A DNA stretch of 64,000 nt, from contig OX597817.1 of the NCBI GenBank assembly GCA_951406725.2, forward strand, positions 132,246,001-132,310,000, read 5' to 3'. A model generated the notes under the pieces. It was not told where the DNA came from and did no database searches. It saw only the letters and a list, made by a program, of their open reading frames with translations. How positions within the stretch are numbered: position 1 is the first letter of the stretch; each line of letters starts with the position of its first letter. The position numbers and the translations under genes are program-made. This DNA is from Octopus vulgaris. Its lineage: Eukaryota. Of the stretch, positions 28,653-43,872 are shown in pieces.

Positions 28653-29077
28653 ATGTACATGCTCACACAAAACACGCATTAAACTCCTTACTCGTATTGT
28701 TACCGAACCTAGAGTCTAACTACGGTCCTTCTGCAGCACTTACAGTCTCACCTGCCGTCTTGGGTTTTCTGGATACCAATACCTCTAATACACACACACA
28801 CATATCCTGAAACTAAGAACGCTTTCCTCCCGCATTATTTCAGTGTTATTATTTTTGCTAAAGAAAACGCCTTTGTAGATTTATAACTAATTTTGTCATG
28901 TAAGGTTTTGTCATATGTTTAGTCTTAATATCTCAACAAAAACAGTTGGGATACAGAATGTGATTCCGCAATTATTTGTCAACACCTACTGACTGGTTCC
29001 TGTGGAAAATAATGGTTAAGTGGTATATTCCATGTGCCGTAGTAAGTCTCTGTATACATATATACACACAGGCACAC

Positions 29078-29137
<60 letters not shown>

Positions 29138-29625
29138 TCTATCTGTTCATTTATAATATAAACAATTTCACATTAATCTGAAAGGTTACTCTATACTTTT
29201 GTACAAATTTATTATTCCTAAAGGAGGAAAAATATGGACAGTGACTTCGAAGATTCGTCGGACTGCGAGGCATTGAAATTAACCTTGGTTTTATATAATC
29301 TCTTTGATGTTAAAATCCTGCTTACGGATGTATGCTTGAATGGAGTGGTGATTAGGTTTTTGAGAGGATTGTTTTGGGTGGGTGTTTTGGCGAAAATTTT
29401 ATTGATTAAATTTGGGGTTATGTTATTGTTGAGAATATGTTCATGCAAAGAAATCTGCATATTTAGATGTGGCCCTTTTGGTAGGTAGACATAGATTTTA
29501 TCTCAGCAGAGATTAATATAAAGCCAATGTTAACTCCAATGCATCACAGTCCCACAATGGCTCAAATGGCCAGAACTTCAAAGTCACTTTCAATAATACA
29601 TTTATATATATGAATATATATTTGT

Positions 29626-29768
29626 GGCACGCCGTCGGTTACGGCGACGAGGGTCCCAGTTGACCCGATCAACAGAACAGCCTGCGCGTGAAATTCACGT
29701 GCAAGTGGCTGAGCACTTCACAGACACGTGTGTATCTTCAACGTAGTTCCCCGTGAGATTCAGCGCAT
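29626..29768 (-). mobile_element. SINE family C 3' tail fragment
   Basis: TGGCACGCCGTCGGTTACGGCGACGAGGG.. aligns with 44701-44840. Confidence 0.75.
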
Positions 29769-29785
29769 AGCACCTATATTTCAAA

Positions 29786-29949
29786 GGCTGTCCCGTAGTG
29801 AAAGAGAAGGGTTCGCCACCACCACCACCTGCCGGGGCCTCGTGTAGCTTTCGGTGTTTTCGCTCAATAAACACTCACAACTCTGGAAATCGAAACTGTG
29901 ATCCCACGACTGCGAGTCTACTGGCCTAACCACTGAGCCATTGCGCCTC
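29786..29949 (-). mobile_element. tRNA-derived SINE head
   Basis: Minus strand GGCGCAATGGCTCAGTGGTTAGG (A box) .. GTTTCGATT (B-box-like), with no tRNA acceptor stem. Confidence 0.7.
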
Positions 29950-30857
29950 ACACACACATACACACACACACACATATATATGTATGTGTGTGTGTGTGTG
30001 TGTGTGTGTATTATGTATGTATATATGTATGTATGTAAGTATATGTATGTGTGTATATGTATACGTATACATTTACATGTCTGCACATAAAAGCAAAGCC
30101 GTTTGGATAGTGTTAAGATATAATTTTCATTTGTTGATTAATGTAAGGAATGCAGTAAGTTTTGATGTTAAAAAGAAAAGATGGCTTTTTCATAAATCTT
30201 GTTCGTGTATCTGAGACGAGAAGAAAGAAAGAAAGACACGAAGGAATAAAATTCTTGTAATATTCCATAATGGAATTATAGCTATTCATATATCACTTTT
30301 GTTTTGCGTCGGATTTATTTTGAACTCTTGAATTGATAGATCAGTCTTTTAAGTTGATGTTCTCGATGTTTGATTGATTGATTCTTCATGTCATTGGAGG
30401 CTAAATACCAGATGCCTGCTTCTGGTCACTTTTGCTGTCAAAAAGAAATTTGGACATAGTAAAACACGTTATGACACTGACCAGTAGGCTATTGTAGACC
30501 AGGCTTTTATAGGTCAGTGTTTAAAAGAGTTTTACAATGTGCTTATAAGCACGGAATGCAATGATATTTGCGAAATGTGCAGATATTAACTGACAGCTTC
30601 TGTAAAAACAAGTATGATTTTGTCATTTATATTACAGAATAAAACTTTCCGTTTGGCATGAACATACTTTCACAAACACACGTATTTTCTTTCGTCTAAC
30701 TAAAAGCACTTAATCCTAAACCGCATTCTATTTGTGTTACAAATATATCAAATACGAAATTGTATTCAGTCTTCTGTTTTGTCACCAATACTCGGAAACT
30801 ATTGTATTAACTGTTTCATGTGGGAGCCTATATGCATCTGTGTATCTGGGCATGTGT

Positions 30858-30917
<60 letters not shown>

Positions 30918-31032
30918 GAGAGGGAGAGAGACAGACAGGGAGAGGGAGAGAGACAGACAGAATAGTGGTACAATAATGCACCAATATTTACTGGAAATAG
31001 CAGTCGATAATATACGACGCTATAGTGAAGCT

Positions 31033-31093
<61 letters not shown>

Positions 31094-31179
31094 ATGTATG
31101 TATATATATCTATATATCTATATATATATAAATACATACATATATATATGTACATACATACATATATGTATATGTATGA

Positions 31180-31284
<105 letters not shown>

Positions 31285-31702
31285 CACACGCAAACACAAA
31301 GACACATATTTTATTCCTGTTTGGTTGATTATGTCTTGTGACATTTTACATCATAAAGAGAAAGAATAAAAGAGATACAAAGAGAGTTAACTTAAGACAT
31401 TCAGAGAGAGTGCACATACTAGGCTTGATGGCAGGCAGTGAATAGTGAATCCTTGCACACAATGAAACGAAAATAACCATATGAAAATGGAGTAAATGAA
31501 GGGGAATCTATGAGAGCCTATACACGAATCAGAAATCTGTTAATTAAATATGGACATCATATATTATATTTATTGTATATTACGTTGTATATTATTATAG
31601 TATATAGTGATGCATAAAGTACTGCTCAAGGACATGAAAGCGAAGTGGGGTGGGGGTATTAAATTGCATATTTATATTCATGTAAGGGAAGAATAATAAT
31701 GA

Positions 31703-31703
<1 letters not shown>

Positions 31704-31733
<30 letters not shown>

Positions 31734-31882
31734 AAGAAGAAGAAGAAGAAGAAGAAGAAGAAGAAAATGAAGAAGGAGGAAGAGGAAGAAGAAGAAGAAG
31801 AAGGAGGAGGAGGAGGAGGAGGAGGAGGAGGAGAAGAAGAAGAAGAAGAAGAAGAAGAAGAAGAAGAAGAAGAAGAAGAAAA
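31704..31882. repeat. (GAA)n/(GGA)n purine tract
   Basis: Directly visible; similar (GAA)n tracts at 39872-39954 and 40708-40817. Confidence 0.95.
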
Positions 31883-32027
31883 ATGAAGATTTTGAAGTTA
31901 ATAAGAGTTTGTTAGCAACAAATCGATCATTTTCCCTTACCGCTGTTTCAATTATATACAGTGAAATTAATTAAATATTAAGTTCATATTTCTGAGCACA
32001 ATCTCTTCAGAGGTAAAATATATACTA

Positions 32028-32268
32028 TTCTCTTTACTCTTTTACTCTTTTGCTTGTTTCAATCATTTGACTGCGGCCATGCTGGAGCACCGCCTTTAGT
32101 CGAGCAAATCGACCCCGGGATTTATTCTTTGTAAACCCAGTACTTATTCTATCGGTCTCTTTTTGCCGAACCGCTAAGTGAGGGGGACGTAAACACACCA
32201 GCATCGGTTGTCAAGCAATGCTAGGGTGACAAACACAGACACAAACACACACACATACACATATATAC

Positions 32269-32305
<37 letters not shown>

Positions 32306-32468
32306 CGACAGGCTTCTTTCAGTTTCCGTCTACCAAATCCACTCACAAGGCATTGGTCGGCCCGGGGCTACAGCAGAAGACACTTGCTCAAGATGTCACA
32401 CAGTGGGACTGAACCCGGAACCATGTGGTTGGTTAGCAAGCTACTTACCACACAGCCACTCCTGCGCC
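32028..32468 (-). mobile_element. SINE family B, full length
   Basis: Colinear reverse complement of 18977-19434. Confidence 0.92.
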
Positions 32469-33734
32469 TATTAGATGTTTTGTCTGTTTGTTTGTAGATT
32501 CAACACAGCAGACTCATTTTCCTCTACCTCCTTTGTATTAATATATCTATTATATTTCATAGTCCCTTTATTTTTCAGTCTCAAAGGATTTCGCATGATA
32601 ACATTTTTCTCTGTTTTTACTGTTTTGTTGCCCAGATTTGTGTCTGGTGAAACGAGACTAATATTTGGGTTCCGTTTCTCACCAGAAATAAGCGAGCATA
32701 AAATAAAACGATTCTGTGGAATGGGTTTTTTTATTCCTAATTGAAGCGACGTAATTTCCCATATGCTGCTAATTCTGTAGAAAGAAAAGTATGAACGCCA
32801 CTTCTTCCAGCTGTACCCTTCTTTAAAACGTTAAAAATATATTGAAAAAAATCCATGCTTTGTCAAAAATTAAAATATATATCCTTATAAACTTCCATAT
32901 ACTAAAATTATATCAAAATATTACTTCCTTTTCAACTGAAAAACTCAACCTATTTTGTATACTAGACATAAACAACACCATTAAAATTTCCCCCTCTTCC
33001 TATTCTTAGCCGCCATGATCTTCGCTATTTTTCTATTCTTTATGGCTTCTCCATCTTCATTTTATGACGTCACAGTTCATCAGCTTAGCGGTTTTAACCC
33101 CAGATCCCTATTTTAGGGGCCACTTAACAAAATATGCCCTCATTTTGTACTGCCGTTTGCTTCCTCTTAAGCCGCCCATCTGTGTCTTTTCATCGCACAT
33201 CAAATGTTTGCTTCGATGTTTACATTACATTTGTTCGTACGTGCGCGTGTCTGTGTAAGCATGTATGTATAGCATTTTTAGATGTATGCATATATCTATG
33301 AGTGTACGCAAGCATATACGTGTGTCTATGTGCATACATATACGTATGCATGTGCGCATATATGTGTATGTATAAGTATATATACTTTTTAATATGTATA
33401 TATGTATGTATGCATGCATATTTATGTGTATGTATGTATAAATGTTTGCATGTGTACATATAAGCTTTCGTGTATGTATATATGTACATTATCTTAAGTA
33501 TATACAGGGACGGTCAGTGTGTATGTGTGTGTTTGTATATTAATGCGTCAATATTGCCAGTATCAATGCTGTTTCTTTGTATGTATGCATGTATGTACGA
33601 GTATATATTCGTGTGTGGGTGTATAAATGTATATAGCTTCGTGCAATTGCATACAAATATGTATCTATTTAAACGCTGTTTTTGAATGTATTTATGGAAG
33701 AGCAATGTTATTTACATGTGTATATATATATGCA

Positions 33735-33790
<56 letters not shown>

Positions 33791-34058
33791 CACACGAGTT
33801 TCCGTGTGGGTATGTAGAGGCGTGGATGCATATAAATGTGCATTCAATCATGTAAATTTGTATACGCGGCTGTGTATACGTATGCATATAGCTGCAGTTA
33901 TATGTAGTTTGGACGACTATATACACTCACATGCACATACATATTAGCATATGTCTGTTTTTTTTTTTGGGGGGGGGGGCATCTGTTAGTGGATGTTTAC
34001 GTAAGTGCAGCCTCATACATGCATACATACTTAAATATACATCTATATGCGCATATAT

Positions 34059-34100
<42 letters not shown>

Positions 34101-34329
34101 CATATATACATATATTCTTACAGGCATAGCTACACAGACACGCATATGCACATACATGCTCGTGTATATAAATATATATGTATATATATATGTATGTATG
34201 TGTATATTTATATATATGTATGTATATATATATATATATATATATGGAGTACATGTAAACGTATGCGCCTACGTGTCTGTGTGTGCCTGATTGTGCGCAT
34301 GTGTATACATGAGTGTGTGCGCCTGTGTG

Positions 34330-34412
34330 TGTGTGTATCTGTGCGCGTGTGTGTATCTGTGCGCGTGTGTGTATCTGTGCGCGTGTGTGTATCTGTGCGC
34401 GTGTGTGTATCT
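34330..34412. repeat. 18-bp minisatellite (TGTGTATCTGTGCGCGTG) x4+
   Basis: Directly visible; translates as repeated RVCVSV. Confidence 0.9.
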
Positions 34413-35182
34413 AAGGGTATTGATTGGACAAACAGATTCTATACAGATGGTCATACCCTAACGAAGTGGAAGTTGTGATAGCCATTTCGTAAAACTAATA
34501 TGGTGGTGGTGGAGGTGGCTGTTTTTGTTGTTGTTGTTGGTGGTGGTGGTGCTGGTAGTGGTGGTGGTAGTTATTATAGTTCTGGAGGCTGTGGCGGCAG
34601 TTGTCGCGGTAGTAGTGGTGACAGGGGTGGTAGCTGTTGTAGTTGTGGTCATAGCAGTAGTAGTTGTAGTGGCTGTGGTGATGCAGACTTTCGTATTAGT
34701 GGTGGTGGTGGTGGTGGTGGTGGTGGTGGTGGTGGTGGTATTGTCGTTATGGTAGCGATGGTAATTGTGCGGTGACGAACAAGATGGCGATGAATTTGAC
34801 TGTGGTGGTGGTGGTGGTGACGCCACTAGTACTGGCAGTGATAACAGCTTTGATGATAGCAGCGGGGATAAGAGTGGTGGTGTTGGTGGTAGTGGTGGTG
34901 GCGGCGGCGATAGGGCATCAGATCTGTGACTGAAGTGTTTAGAGCGTGCACATTATACACCCTTGAGGCTGACAGTCGGACTGCTAAACATTCTGCTAGA
35001 TAAACACTTTCTCATCTGTTTGCAATGGTAGCCATTCTACTTATTTTCTTTGGTGTGTGTGTGTTGCGTGAATCTATATGTACCTGTGTATCTGGGCACG
35101 CACACATATGCGCACAGAAACGCACGCGTATATATACAGAAACATACACACATACACACTCACGCACACACACACACACATG

Positions 35183-35219
<37 letters not shown>

Positions 35220-35528
35220 TACTTGTATACATGTATTATGTAATATTCAAGATAATTCTACATTCAGTATATAGTCAACACATCAGTAAATGTTCCGCTT
35301 TTAATTTTAAACTTGTTTAAAAGTAAGTTTAACACCTCATGCACACACACACACACACACACATAAATGTACGTGCACAGATACGTATGTATATAATGTG
35401 TTTATGTCGGATGGTTGCCTATGAGCAGATTTGTATATGTCTATGACTGCGTATATGTGTATGTACATGCCTGCATATATGCGTATATACGCATACATAC
35501 AGACACACACATATACACTGAGCGTGAG

Positions 35529-35563
<35 letters not shown>

Positions 35564-36194
35564 CAGTGAAAGAAAGTGAAAGTGAAATTGAAAGTGAAAG
35601 TGAAAGTGAAAGTGAAAGAAAAAAGAGGGAGGGAAAGAGAGAGATATACATATTTGTGTGTGGTTTTGAAACCAACTATGAGGACGAATATGCGCGTGTA
35701 TTAAGGAGTTTGCACTCCTACATGCACACGTACACACACATACAGACACACACACACGAGCACGCACACACATGCACACACACACACACACACATATATC
35801 CATACGATGTGCGTATGTATGCATGCATGTGTGTGTACTCATGTGTCTGTGTGTGTGTGCATTTGTGAGATTAATTTATCCGTGTGTTACAAAATTTTGC
35901 GTATAATCTTATATAGTTTCCATTTCACCGTCTATCGCTTTCAGTGTATATATGTCAGTATATGTGCTTGTGTGTATACGTGCGAGAACGTTCGAGTGTG
36001 TGTGTGTAAACATATATAAATCTGTGCATATATATGCATTTGCATATATATTTTTATATACATGTATATGTATATTTGTGTATATGTGCGTATGTATACC
36101 TCTATGTGTATGTATTACAAACGTTTATATGTTTACGCGTATACATACATGTGTATATGTTTGTATACATACATGTGTGTATATATATATATAC

Positions 36195-36232
<38 letters not shown>

Positions 36233-36318
36233 GTGTATATCTCTATTCATAGATATGTATATACGATATGTATATAGATATGTATGTATTTATAAGCATG
36301 CATATATGTGTACGTATG

Positions 36319-36366
<48 letters not shown>

Positions 36367-36646
36367 TATATGTGACTATAGCTGTATGTAGTTCATTATC
36401 ACTCAGATTTCACCGACATATGTGCATGCTCATTTAACTTCCGTGTGCATGCATACACATGCATGCACACTCGTGCATATGCATGTGTGCGAACGCACCT
36501 ACGTGTGTATCTCTTAATGTCTTCAATGACAACATATGTGTGTGCGGTGTGTGTTCATTACCCACCTGTGTGATTAATTTACCAATGGCGACACCTCTCG
36601 TTTCTCTTTCACTTTCCTTCTCTCTGTCGTTGTCTCTGTATGTGTG

Positions 36647-36699
<53 letters not shown>

Positions 36700-37892
36700 C
36701 TGTTCATCTGTCTCCTTATTAAGACGTAGTCCCAGACACACGTGTGCTACGTTAAATGTGTCTGCTCCTGCATATATTTCGAGACGAGGACTTGGTGACG
36801 CTAAGTTATTATTTGTTCAAGAAAGTTCGGCGTGTTTTTCATTAACAATAAGATCCTCCCTAGAAAGAACAACATCGGTCTAAATAACAACAACAGCAAC
36901 AACGACGACAACAACAATGATTACAAGAACGACGGCGATGATGACGGCGGTGATGGCGACGACGGCAAGAATATAAGAACAATAAAAACGATGATATAAA
37001 CAAGAGTAAATATAATATTAAAAATAAGAGCAGCAGCAGCGGCAGCAGCAGCAGCAACAACAACAACAAGTATTTAATTGAATTAATTTTCAAAAATATG
37101 ACATTACACCCGAAAACGTATCTTAAGAATTAATTTGTTCGGCCGGTACAATAACAACAACAACAAAAACAACATCAACAACAAGAACAAGAGAATCAAC
37201 ACCAATAACAACAGCAACAAAATCATCAAACGCAAAATCAGCATCATCATTATCATCATCATCATCCACACTGACTTCATCATTATCGTCAGCGTCGTCG
37301 TGATCATCATCATCATCGTCATCATCATCATTATCATCATCGTCCTCACCATCATCATCAACACCGACTTCATCATCATCATCATCCTCATCATCATCAT
37401 CATCATCAATATCATTATTAAAATCGTCGACGAGAGCATGACCGAAAAGAGAGGAGTGAGGAAACACACGTGCCACTTCGGTCAAGCCCTCATCGACTTT
37501 AAATTCCACTTGGCGTGGAGAGGTAAGTGCTGCCCCCAAGTGAATTTCTTAAAAGATGGCTGACCGTGGCAAAAATGAACAAACTGGGCCTACTCTAAAT
37601 TTGCGTCTGTAGATTGGAGAGTAGGAAAGATGGCTCCGACTTTTGCTGCTTAGGGGTTATCTGTGGGGTTCCTTGGTTTGTTTTAGTCGGAGTTTTCTCC
37701 TGTATCAAAAGAAATGCATCATCCATGTTATCGCATACTTCATGTAATCTGTATATTTTTATCGTATTTCATTAGCTTTTCCATTTCTTTCTCTTCATCA
37801 TTTGTATAAACCCTCACACAAATTGGTGACTCTCCTGGTGAAGTCCTCTTCATCAATTCCTCCGTCGCAAAGAAAAGAAATTATTATTATTA

Positions 37893-37963
<71 letters not shown>

Positions 37964-37965
37964 AT

Positions 37966-38430
37966 TCAGTGGATTTATTTTTAGAACGTGATTTCACTTC
38001 ACTACCGAGCGCAGCTCTGTGTACCTTGGGTATGTGTTGGGATTTTTTGTGGTGCTCTGATGGTTACTGTATTGAAAGTGTTCTGCGTAGAATGTGTGCA
38101 GTGCCTAGTAGTGCAATTTTCTGTATGTTATATATATTTGTAAATCCTGGTGTTTTTGTTATGTATTTGTCTGTATATTTTTTTTTATCAAACGTAATGC
38201 GCCTACTATGATAGGAATGGTTTCCTTTTTTTAGATTCCACATTCGGGTTACCTCTATTTCCAGGTCTTTGTATTTTGAAAATTTCTCCATTTCTTTTAG
38301 AGAAACGTTATCACCTGCTGGTATCGATACATCAATTAGAAAGCATTTTTTTTCTTCATGATCTCTGACAACTATATCTGGTCTGTTGGTCTTAATTTCT
38401 CTATCTGTGTGTATTGGCATATCCCATACT
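37966..38430 (-). mobile_element. R4/Dong-clade non-LTR retrotransposon 3' end (RLE endonuclease domain plus 3' UTR)
   Basis: ORF 38064-38420 reads PIHTDREIKTNRPDIVVRDHEEKKCFLIDVSIP..KEMEKFSKYKDLEIEVTRMW..QKIALLGTAHILRRTL, which has the PD..D..K RLE motif. The 3' end runs into (TAA)n at 37880-37963. Confidence 0.9.
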
Positions 38431-38501
38431 AAGGTTACTTTCTCATTTTCTCCTTCTTCTTCTCCCTCTTGTTGTTGTTGTTGTTGTTATTATTATTATT
38501 A

Positions 38502-38683
38502 AGGCGGCGAGCTGGCATGAAATGCTTGGCGGTAGTTCGCCCGTCGATACGTTCTGAGTTCAAACTCCGCCGAGGTCGACTTTGCCTTTCATCCATTCGG
38601 AGTCGATACATTAAGTACCAGTCGATATAATCGACACACATCACCTCCTCCAAAATTGTTGCCCTTATGGCAAAATTTGAAAC

Positions 38684-38684
<1 letters not shown>
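38502..38684 (+). mobile_element. SINE family A (internal deletions)
   Basis: GGCGGCGAGCTGGCA head, GAGTTCAAACTCCGCCGAGGTCGACTTTGCCTTTCATCC core and (TTA)n tail. Confidence 0.85.
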
Positions 38685-38757
<73 letters not shown>

Positions 38758-38873
38758 CTTCGTAACACAGTGTAGGTAAAAATGCACCGGAGTCTTTAGT
38801 CATCTGACAAGTCATAACAAGGACCTCAGACAGATAATACTTTCCTTACGATTCTTCTTCTTCCTCTTCTCTT

Positions 38874-39175
<302 letters not shown>

Positions 39176-39493
39176 TAAATATTATCAAAAGGTAATATAT
39201 TTGTGGATATAATTATAACAGAGGCAAGATTGAAAATATATAGTAATATGGTTGCCGATTCAGACAGAAAACTATAAATCTTAAGGGTGTGTTTGTGTGT
39301 GTATGTGTGTGTGTGTGTGTAGCGGCCTAGTCGACTGCGGTGCTTGGCTGGTACTTTATCGACTCTGAAAAGATGAAAGTCAGAGTTGGTCTTGATGGCA
39401 TTTGAACTCAGAATGTAAAGAGCAACAACGAATACAACACACTCAAGGTGCTAGCAGCTTATAAAGCATAAACGTAAGCAACGAAATATTAGA

Positions 39494-39830
39494 AACAAGA
39501 GCACTCAGAGAGTGCAAGCCTCCGCCATGGCAACACGAACGTCCTCTCAACGATTAGCTGGAGATGATTTTTAGAATGAGAATATCTGAAATAAACTCGA
39601 CTGCTCTCATAAACGAGAATACTAAAAATGAACCAGATCGCTGTCAAAAATTAAGAATAAAAAAAAAAACCGGAAAAATAATCCAGAATCCTTGTCCTGT
39701 ACTGGATCGATCCCCAAACCTTAGTAGTTCGTGCCAGTCACGAGGCCAAACTTCCCTGAAAGTTTCATCCGAATCCATCCTTCGGTTCTTGAGATATCTT
39801 GTCCACAGACAAACAAACACGACTGAGAAA
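39494..39830 (+). mobile_element. Helentron/HINE-like element (copy 2)
   Basis: Colinear with 107-430. Confidence 0.6.
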
Positions 39831-40574
39831 TAGTATATTATATTAATAAATTGTATTAAATTTATAAGATCAAGAAGAAGAAGAAGAAGAAGAAGAAGAA
39901 GAAGAAGAAGAAGAAGAAGAAGAAGAAGAAGAAGAAGAAGAAGAAGAAGAAGAAGGACATAGCAAATGCATAACGTTTGCATGGCTGGCTGGCTTGCTGG
40001 CTGACTGATTAGGAAGATTGTTTCAAAACCACGTGATTTCGAGTTTGATCAGACCACACGCAATTTGTCGCATGTGTCTACAACCAGAGCCACGGGTTGA
40101 CCAAAGAAGCAGAATCCACAAAAAGGATACTCTCAACCGGAACTTGTTTCTAAAGAAATGCGTTCATACATATGTGCATAGGAAACATATTCAGCAAATT
40201 GACTGCCTTGCAATAAATATTGAGAATCTCCCTGGTTTTTGAATACATGCACAAACATCAACGCTAGGAATGATATTTTCAAACTTCGGCACAAGGCCAG
40301 CAATTTTAAAGGGAGGAGGAGGGGAGGAGGCATGTCAGTTACATCGACCCCCCAGTACTTAACTGTTGTTTTATTTTATCGATATCGTGATGATGAAAAG
40401 CAAAGTTAACCTTGGCAATAACAACTGCAGCAGCAGCAGCAGCAGTAACAACAACTACAACATTAACAGCACATAAAGAAAGTGAATAGATTATTAAATG
40501 TAAGAATCGGTAGGAAAACAGAAATAATAAATATAAATAACACTGTCACAACAACCGCCATTGCCTTGCCTGCA

Positions 40575-40627
<53 letters not shown>

Positions 40628-41262
40628 CAACAACAAATAAATAAACTTGCAAAATCCCAAAGAGATGACAATACAAGAAAGATTTGATGAACTATGGCGG
40701 CCAACAAAGAAGAAGAAGGAGAAGAAGAAGAAGAAGAAGAAGAAGAAGAAGAAGAAGAAGAAGAAGAAGAAGAAGAAGAAGAAGAAGAAGAAGAAGAAGA
40801 AGAAGAAGAAGAAGAAGCGGTAAAAGAAAGCAAAACATAAATATCTTGTTAAATATATTGACGAAACTAAACAGAATGAAGGAATAAGTGCAACAAGGGA
40901 GAGGGAGAGAAAGAGTACAGATGTTAAGTGACAAACACACGCATGCGCATTAGCTTAGACAAACGACGAATGAAAACGTCGGCTTAAAATGTGATTGTGT
41001 TGGGAACGTTTGGCTTGAAACGCTTAATCTTTCTCTCGCCCTTTTACTTGGGTCTTATCCCAGGTCTTACGCCTCCCACCTCCACATACACACACACACA
41101 CATTGGCCTTCTGTCTTGTGTTTTGGTTCCTTTTTTTGCCCATTTTGTTACACGCCTGTGTGAGGATGGGTCCCGTGGATGGAGATAGGGTTGGGGGAAG
41201 GAAGAGAGAGAGAGAGAGAGCGAGAGAGGGGAGAGATTGACAGGCAAAGAAGGCGATAGAAA

Positions 41263-41465
41263 GAGGGAGAGAGAGCGGGAGGGCGAGGAAGAGTGGGGGA
41301 GAGATGGAGAATTAGAGAGCGAGAGAGTTAGAGAGAGAGAGAGACGGACAGATAGACAGAGACAGAGAGACAAAGAAGGTGATAGTGAGAGGGAGAGAGA
41401 GCGGGAGGGTGAGTAAGAGTGAGGGAGAGACGGAGAATTAGAGAGCGAGAGAGTTAGAGAGACAG
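41263..41465. repeat. GA-rich tandem duplication (~126 bp period)
   Basis: GGGAGAGAGAGCGGGAGGG..GGAGAATTAGAGAGCGAGAGAGTTAGAGAGA occurs twice. Confidence 0.75.
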
Positions 41466-42000
41466 AGAGTGAAAAAGAGGTGGGGCCGGAGGAGAGAGAA
41501 GGCTAAAAGGAAAGAGTACAGAGAGGCAAGGCCTATGGAGAAAGAGTGAGAGAGAGAAAAAAGGAGAGAGGAGAGAAAGAAAAAGAGAGGGAGGGAGAGA
41601 CAGAAAGAGAGAGTAAGAGTGTGTGAGAGAGAGAGAAGCAGACGGAAAAAATATAAACCAGCAAAAAACAAAAAGATTCGAAATTGTAGTCTTTTTTTTT
41701 TAAATTTTTCTTTGAGCAAAGCAAACGTTTTGCCTTTCTCTCTCAACTGCATAAGCGTTTCCATTTTGCTCGGCTAAACCGATCCTTTTGTATAATTTCC
41801 ACCCAACAAACTGTTCATTAGCCACAAGAGACAACAGTCATAGACTGGCAGCACCGGAGCTCAATGATCACACATGCGCACAAACGCTCGCACTGCGGCG
41901 CTCAACGCTCCCTCATGCATTCGTACAAACACATACACGGGCACGCCAATGGTCTTACATGAACACGCGCTCAAGCACATGCACGTACACATAGATGGAA

Positions 42001-42041
<41 letters not shown>

Positions 42042-42656
42042 CCCGCGCGCACATTCATGCACTACACATATAGATGCGCTTTCGCTTCATCTGTTCTCCG
42101 ATGAAAACAGATGTATACACACACATATACACACACATGCATACACACCCATTAATACATACGTTTAAAAATATAGGAAACAAAATGATTATCCCACATA
42201 CGCAAACTTACAAGCATAAAAATGTATACGTGAGAAGGGTGGGCAGGGATGGGTCGTCGGGAGAGAGAGAGAAAGAGAAACTGATAGTGTATATATACAA
42301 ATATCTATAAATGCTTACGTGTGTTTGTATATGTGTATACGTGTATATAGGAGTCTGTAGATATAAATGTATATATATACGCACATATATATACATATAT
42401 ATACATACATATATATACATGCACATACAAACAAACTTAGGTTATCGTACATAAAGTATTTTAAAATGTGAGCTTAATTATGAGATACGATATATACATA
42501 CATACACACACACACACATATATGTATGTATATGTATGTATATATATATATCTATATATATATGTACATATATATAAATGTATATATACATATGTGTATC
42601 TATGTACGAGTGCATGTATATATGTATATATATATATATATATGCGTGCGTGTGTG

Positions 42657-42704
<48 letters not shown>

Positions 42705-42815
42705 TATAAAATGGTTTATGCGTCCATTTATGCAATCGAACGCACAAATAGACATGCATAAGTATCTTTGTATATGTGTATGTGTGGATATGTGTGTCTA
42801 CGTGCGTGCGTGTGC

Positions 42816-42853
<38 letters not shown>

Positions 42854-43312
42854 CAGGCATGAAAACTACTCGAATCCAGAGTAAATACCGAGAACAATAG
42901 GAAACAAGAGACAAACATTGGATCAAGAAAACAACATCCATTGTTATAGCTTCAATGGCGGCCATTGGTTTCTCCAGCGGAATATCAGTTTCACCGGCAC
43001 GGCGTTAATTTGATTAGATAGTAAGAAAAATATGGATTGCCAACACAATCATAATAAGTGAACGTCTGCAAAACGTGTGTCTATCGTGTGTTGAGCGCGT
43101 GGAGAAACGTTTGTCGGACGTGTGTTTGGAAAGAGGCCGAAGACTGATCGAGCAAGTCGTTATTTTAAATGCGGTGTTAGCAGAATCAAATACACAGATG
43201 GTCTTTCCAATATATTGCAATTTTTTTAATTAATACTAACAGGGTGGCGTATCTTGTTTTACACTGGTGTGTTCGTCGCATATAAATATGTGTGTGTATG
43301 TGTTTGTGTAAA

Positions 43313-43363
<51 letters not shown>

Positions 43364-43769
43364 TATATTCATATATATGCATATATGTGTGCGTATATAT
43401 ATATATATATGCATATATATGTGTGTGTATATATATGCATATATGTGTGTGTGTACGTATATATGTATATATACATATACACCGTAGGTTTACGCGCGTG
43501 TTTGCCTTGATGCCTGTGTGTTCATTTTGATTGTTACAAAAGTGCGCATCTTTCCGTTAAATGTACACAACAAAACTAGTGCACACATGCGTACAACGTA
43601 AACATAACTCTCACTTACTCTCTCCCCCACTCTCTCTCTCTCTCTCCCTCCCTCTTTCTCTCAGATTTCCTCCCTATCTCTTTACCTCTCTCTGATCTTA
43701 TTCCTTTTGCTTTTTATGACTCTCTTTTCTGATCAGCCGCAATAAAATCGGAGATAAAGTTTCACTATT

Positions 43770-43872
<103 letters not shown>

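Noticed and set aside
29160-29600. Overlapping ORFs, possible Penelope GIY-YIG remnant
   Set aside because: No recognisable catalytic motif by eye.
29880-29949. tRNA gene
   Set aside because: A and B boxes are present but there is no acceptor stem or terminator; it is a SINE head.
34458-34930. Gly/Ser- or Thr/Val-rich ORFs resembling structural proteins
   Set aside because: Degenerate (GGT)n/(GTA)n low-complexity DNA open in several frames, with no splice signals.
37104-37563. Asp-rich ORF and nearby AG|GTAAGT donor
   Set aside because: Derived from (CAT)n/(CAA)n; no acceptor defines a plausible exon.
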